A stretch of DNA of 24,648 nt. Source: Candidatus Cloacimonadaceae bacterium (lineage in GTDB: Bacteria > Cloacimonadota > Cloacimonadia > Cloacimonadales > Cloacimonadaceae). The position numbers were made by a program, and so were the translations under genes. A model generated the notes under the pieces. That model was not told the origin of the DNA and ran no database searches. It was given only the letters and a program-made list of their open reading frames with translations. Positions 21,938 to 24,648 of the stretch are shown one piece after another; position 1 is the first letter of the stretch, and the number at the start of each line of letters is the position of its first letter. The stretch spans positions 1 through 24,648 of the forward strand of contig JAWOHU010000111.1 in the NCBI GenBank assembly GCA_046485025.1, written 5' to 3'.

Positions 21938-23215
21938 ATGAAAAAGATTTTGATAGTGCTGATGATTGCCCTGACGCTGTTCACTTTGTCCTGCGGCAAA
22001 AAGTCTGTATCCAAGACGAGTGTGCAGTTCTGGCATGGCTTAGGCGGACCTTTGGGCGATGCCTTGAACGAAATGGTCAGAGAGTATAACAAGATCCATC
22101 CCGAAGGTGAGGTCATTCTGAACCAGGTAAGCAGTTACGAAGCTTTGTCCCAGAAGCTGATGGCGTCCATCCAGGCAGGCAAACAGCCAGATATTGCGCA
22201 GGTGTTTGAAAGCTGGACTTCCAAGTTCATCGAAGCGGATGTCATTGTCCCGATTGAGGAGCTCATCAATGCGGATGAGGCATTTCTGGATAAGAATCTG
22301 GATGACTTCTATCCTGTTTTTGTAGCCAGCAACACCTTCGACGGCAAGCTGTGGTCTTTTCCTTTCAACAAAAGCGTCCGCGTCATTTTCTACAACAAGG
22401 ATGCCTTCGTCCGCGCCAATCTTGACCCCAATCAGCCGCCCGCCGACTGGAGTGCCTTCAGGGCATACTGTAAAACCTTTACGCAGGATTTGGACGGCGA
22501 CAAACAGCCGGATAAATATGGCACCAACTACAATCCCAACGCCTGGCAATTCATCAATCTGCTCTACCAGGCAGGCGGACAGGTTATTGACAACAAGGGC
22601 AAAGTGGTCATCAATCAGAAACCCGGTCTGGAAGCGCTGACCTTTATCACCGACCTCATCAACAAGGATAAATCCGTCTATCTGGTCACCGGATACGCCG
22701 GACAGAACGACTTCCTGGCTTCCAAGGTCGCCATGTATGAGGGCAGCAGCGTCAGCATAACGCATATGAAACAGCAGACCATCAATTTCAATATGGGTTA
22801 CGCCGCGCTTCCCACCTACAAGACTAACAAGAGCGCCATCAGCGGCAGCAATGTTGTCGTCTTCAGAAATGCTGACAAAGTAAAGGAAATGGCTGCCTGG
22901 AACTTCATCAAGTGGTTTACAGACACGGAACAAACCGCTAAGTGGAGCGCCCTGACAAATTATATGCCCATCCGCAAAAGCGCTATGGAAACCCAAACTA
23001 TGATAGACCTGCTGGCTTCTCACGACCAGTATAAAAATGTCTATGCCCAGCTTGACAATGCCATCACCGAACCCCAGATTCCCGAATGGTTTGAGATGCG
23101 CCCCGAACTGGAAAAGACCATCGAGACCGCGCTGCTCAAGAGAAACACTCCGCAGCAAGCGCTGGATGCCTTTGCCAAAAAGCTGACTGATGCCATCGAG
23201 GCGAATAAAAAGTAG
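21938..23215 (+). CDS. ABC transporter family-1 (UgpB/sugar-type) solute-binding lipoprotein
   Basis: Lipobox LSC, VQFWHG, GKQPDIAQ, GKLWSFPFNKS, FYNKD and AWNFIKWF. SD AAGGAG. Confidence 0.9.
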   Translation: MKKILIVLMIALTLFTLSCGKKSVSKTSVQFWHGLGGPLGDALNEMVREYNKIHPEGEVILNQVSSYEALSQKLMASIQAGKQPDIAQVFESWTSKFIEADVIVPIEELINADEAFLDKNLDDFYPVFVASNTFDGKLWSFPFNKSVRVIFYNKDAFVRANLDPNQPPADWSAFRAYCKTFTQDLDGDKQPDKYGTNYNPNAWQFINLLYQAGGQVIDNKGKVVINQKPGLEALTFITDLINKDKSVYLVTGYAGQNDFLASKVAMYEGSSVSITHMKQQTINFNMGYAALPTYKTNKSAISGSNVVVFRNADKVKEMAAWNFIKWFTDTEQTAKWSALTNYMPIRKSAMETQTMIDLLASHDQYKNVYAQLDNAITEPQIPEWFEMRPELEKTIETALLKRNTPQQALDAFAKKLTDAIEANKK

Positions 23216-23230
23216 TAAACAATCAGTTAC

Positions 23231-23417
23231 CCGAGTTCGAAATTGGCGTTTTCCGGAGTTCGAAATTCCCTTCGAAAACTATCAGGAACCACCTAACTGA
23301 AAGGGAATTTAGGACTTCGTAAAACACTCAACGACTTGTGCCGGAAACCACGAAGTCCGAATTGCCCCATTAAATACATACCCTTTATCAGCAGTCTGAG
23401 GGCAATTTGAACTCCGG
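23231..23417. repeat. Array of 4-5 alternating-orientation copies of an approximately 20-bp motif (REP/BIME-like)
   Basis: Consensus about CG(G/A)AGT(T/C)C(N)AAATT(G)CCCT. Copies at 23231(+, partial), 23253(+), 23299-23319(-), 23351(+) and 23398-23417(-). Confidence 0.7.
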
Positions 23418-23424
23418 GATTTCG

Positions 23425-23507
23425 TTGTAATTCTACGTTTACGCAGGTGGGTAAGCATTTTACAAGAATTTTGTTATTTGACTACCTGCCTGAAGGCAGA
23501 ACTACAA
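23425..23507. repeat. GTAG-type REP doublet (REPIN-like)
   Basis: Minus-strand GTAGTT-CTGCC-TTCA-GGCAG-G (23505-23485) and a degenerate inverted partner GTAATT-CTACG-TTTA-CGCAG-G (23427-23447). Confidence 0.6.
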
Positions 23508-23512
23508 ATTCA

Positions 23513-23544
23513 TTCCACTATTCCACTCATTCCACTTTTCCACT
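23513..23544 (+). repeat. Four tandem TTCCACT units (period 8-9)
   Basis: Units at 23513, 23521, 23530 and 23538. Confidence 0.8.
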
Positions 23545-23708
23545 ATCACACGCCCCTTTATGTCCAATACAGATCAAAGCCACAATACTCGCTGCTTGAA
23601 GCCTAAAACCGGCTTTATCTTGCGTAAAAACTATGTCCGGATTGTTTTCGGGATAAGGGGGCGGAGTATGGAAAAAGGAGTCAGGGCAGAAGTTTTGATG
23701 CAATTTTC

Positions 23709-23737
23709 TTGACAATCAGAGGCGGAAATGATAAACA
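23709..23737 (+). promoter_or_regulatory. Putative promoter for the PIN-PhoH gene
   Basis: TTGACA at 23709-23714; weak -10 (GATAAA or TAAACA); SD AGGAG at 23751. Confidence 0.4.
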
Positions 23738-23763
23738 AGTTTCACTGAACAGGAGTTAGATAA

Positions 23764-24648
23764 ATGGAAAAAATCTTTGTGCTTGATACGAACGTGCTGA
23801 TTCACAATCCGCAGTCGATGTTTGCCTTTGAGGAGAACAGAGTCGTGATTCCCATCGTGGTGATAGAGGAGATAGACCAGTTCAAAAAGGGCATTGACGA
23901 GAAGAGCCGCAACGCCCGTCAAATCGGCAGATACCTCGATGCCTTAAGGTCGCAGGGCAGTCTGCAGCAAGGCGTCAAGACACCCAAAGGCGGAACCATC
24001 CAGATTACCGTCAATAATGAAATCACAGATATAGCCAGGAAATATTTCTTTGTAGACCGCAATGACAATCTGATTATCGGCACGGCGCTTTATATGAAGG
24101 ATAAATACCCCGAAGCGCTTGTCACACTCGTTTCCAAAGACGCCAATGTGCGCATCAAGGCAGACGTGGTCGGCATCAACGCTGAGAATTTTGAAAATGA
24201 TGCACTCAGATTTGAGGAACTTTACACCGGCTGGGAAGACCTGGTAGTGGAACAATCCGTACTGGATGAACTGAGCGAAAAACATTATGTAGCCAATACT
24301 TTCGGCGAATTCCTGCCCAACGAATTCCTGCGCCTTCACACCAAAGACAGCGCTGCCAAAGACGTCCTGACCAGATACAATAAAAAACTGAATATTATCA
24401 GCCATCTGGCTGGTTACAAGAGCGGTGAGGTGTATGGTCTGACCCCGCGTAATGATGAGCAGATTATGTCGCTGGATTTGCTGTTGGATGACAACATCCG
24501 TCTGGTCTCGCTGTCAGGCATTGCTGGCACGGGAAAGACTTTGTTGGCTATGGCTGCCGGACTGAAAAAAGTAGTCGAGGACAGTATCTATTCGCGCCTG
24601 GTGGTCTCGCGTCCTATCTCGCCTCTGGGCAAGGACATAGGCTATCTG
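23764..24648 (+). CDS. PIN-PhoH (PhoH2/YlaK-like) protein; 3'-truncated and missing from the ORF track
   Basis: My translation from ATG 23764: MEKIFVLDTNVLIHNP (PIN), IEEIDQFKK, Walker A GIAGTGKT, and SRPISPLGKDIGYL at the window end. Confidence 0.92.
   Translation, partial: MEKIFVLDTNVLIHNPQSMFAFEENRVVIPIVVIEEIDQFKKGIDEKSRNARQIGRYLDALRSQGSLQQGVKTPKGGTIQITVNNEITDIARKYFFVDRNDNLIIGTALYMKDKYPEALVTLVSKDANVRIKADVVGINAENFENDALRFEELYTGWEDLVVEQSVLDELSEKHYVANTFGEFLPNEFLRLHTKDSAAKDVLTRYNKKLNIISHLAGYKSGEVYGLTPRNDEQIMSLDLLLDDNIRLVSLSGIAGTGKTLLAMAAGLKKVVEDSIYSRLVVSRPISPLGKDIGYL

Noticed and set aside
22040-23158. 372-aa minus-strand ORF
   Set aside because: It is an antisense shadow of the solute-binding protein gene, with no recognisable motifs.
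23231-23544. CRISPR array
   Set aside because: The repeats alternate in orientation, are short and degenerate, and no cas genes are present.
23551-23663. Assignment as 6S RNA, SRP RNA or c-di-GMP-I riboswitch
   Set aside because: There are only fragmentary resemblances (GAAGCCTAAAAC, AAGCAGC, CAAAGCC); the required flanking pairings and tetraloops are missing.
23668-23712. 14-codon ORF MEKGVRAEVLMQFS as a PhoH2 antitoxin
   Set aside because: It is very short, has poor SD spacing, and lies upstream of the putative promoter at 23709.
197-24405. The many other 60-190 aa overlapping or antisense ORFs in the track (e.g. 713-1213, 6300-6776, 17131-17667, 18418-18999, 20281-20850, 23944-24405)
   Set aside because: They lie within well-supported genes in other frames or on the other strand, and show no motifs or SD support.

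Overview
Bacterial genomic window from a Gram-negative (LPS-making) organism. The C-terminal 'YPNPF...YNxKGQxV...WxG' domains of two secreted proteins suggest Cloacimonadota or a related FCB lineage (inference only). Left block (+): a 5'-truncated NatB-like permease/CPBP protease fusion, glmS, a phage-type RuvC-like nuclease, an unusual ECF transporter and hflX. The middle block (about 7.1-16.8 kb) looks AT-richer by eye. It holds a leftward operon (stand-alone receiver, Reg_prop beta-propeller protein, 1046-aa multi-domain secreted protein) facing a rightward TPR histidine-kinase-like gene and a sigma54 enhancer-binding protein. Right block: tRNA-Lys(CUU), a SAM-II/V-like leader, metK-kdsA-kdsC-lptC-lptA, a flavin reductase, an orphan ABC solute-binding lipoprotein, a repeat-rich spacer and a 3'-truncated PIN-PhoH gene. 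Best leads: (1) a signalling cassette in which all three two-component proteins are degenerate (kinase lacking ATP-binding residues, activator with Asp-to-Glu, atypical stand-alone receiver); (2) an ECF ATPase split into two small proteins that together retain exactly one composite ATP site; (3) a SAM-II-like pseudoknot with a terminator/antiterminator switch before metK; (4) a 6-codon uORF whose 3' half can sequester the hflX ribosome-binding site.
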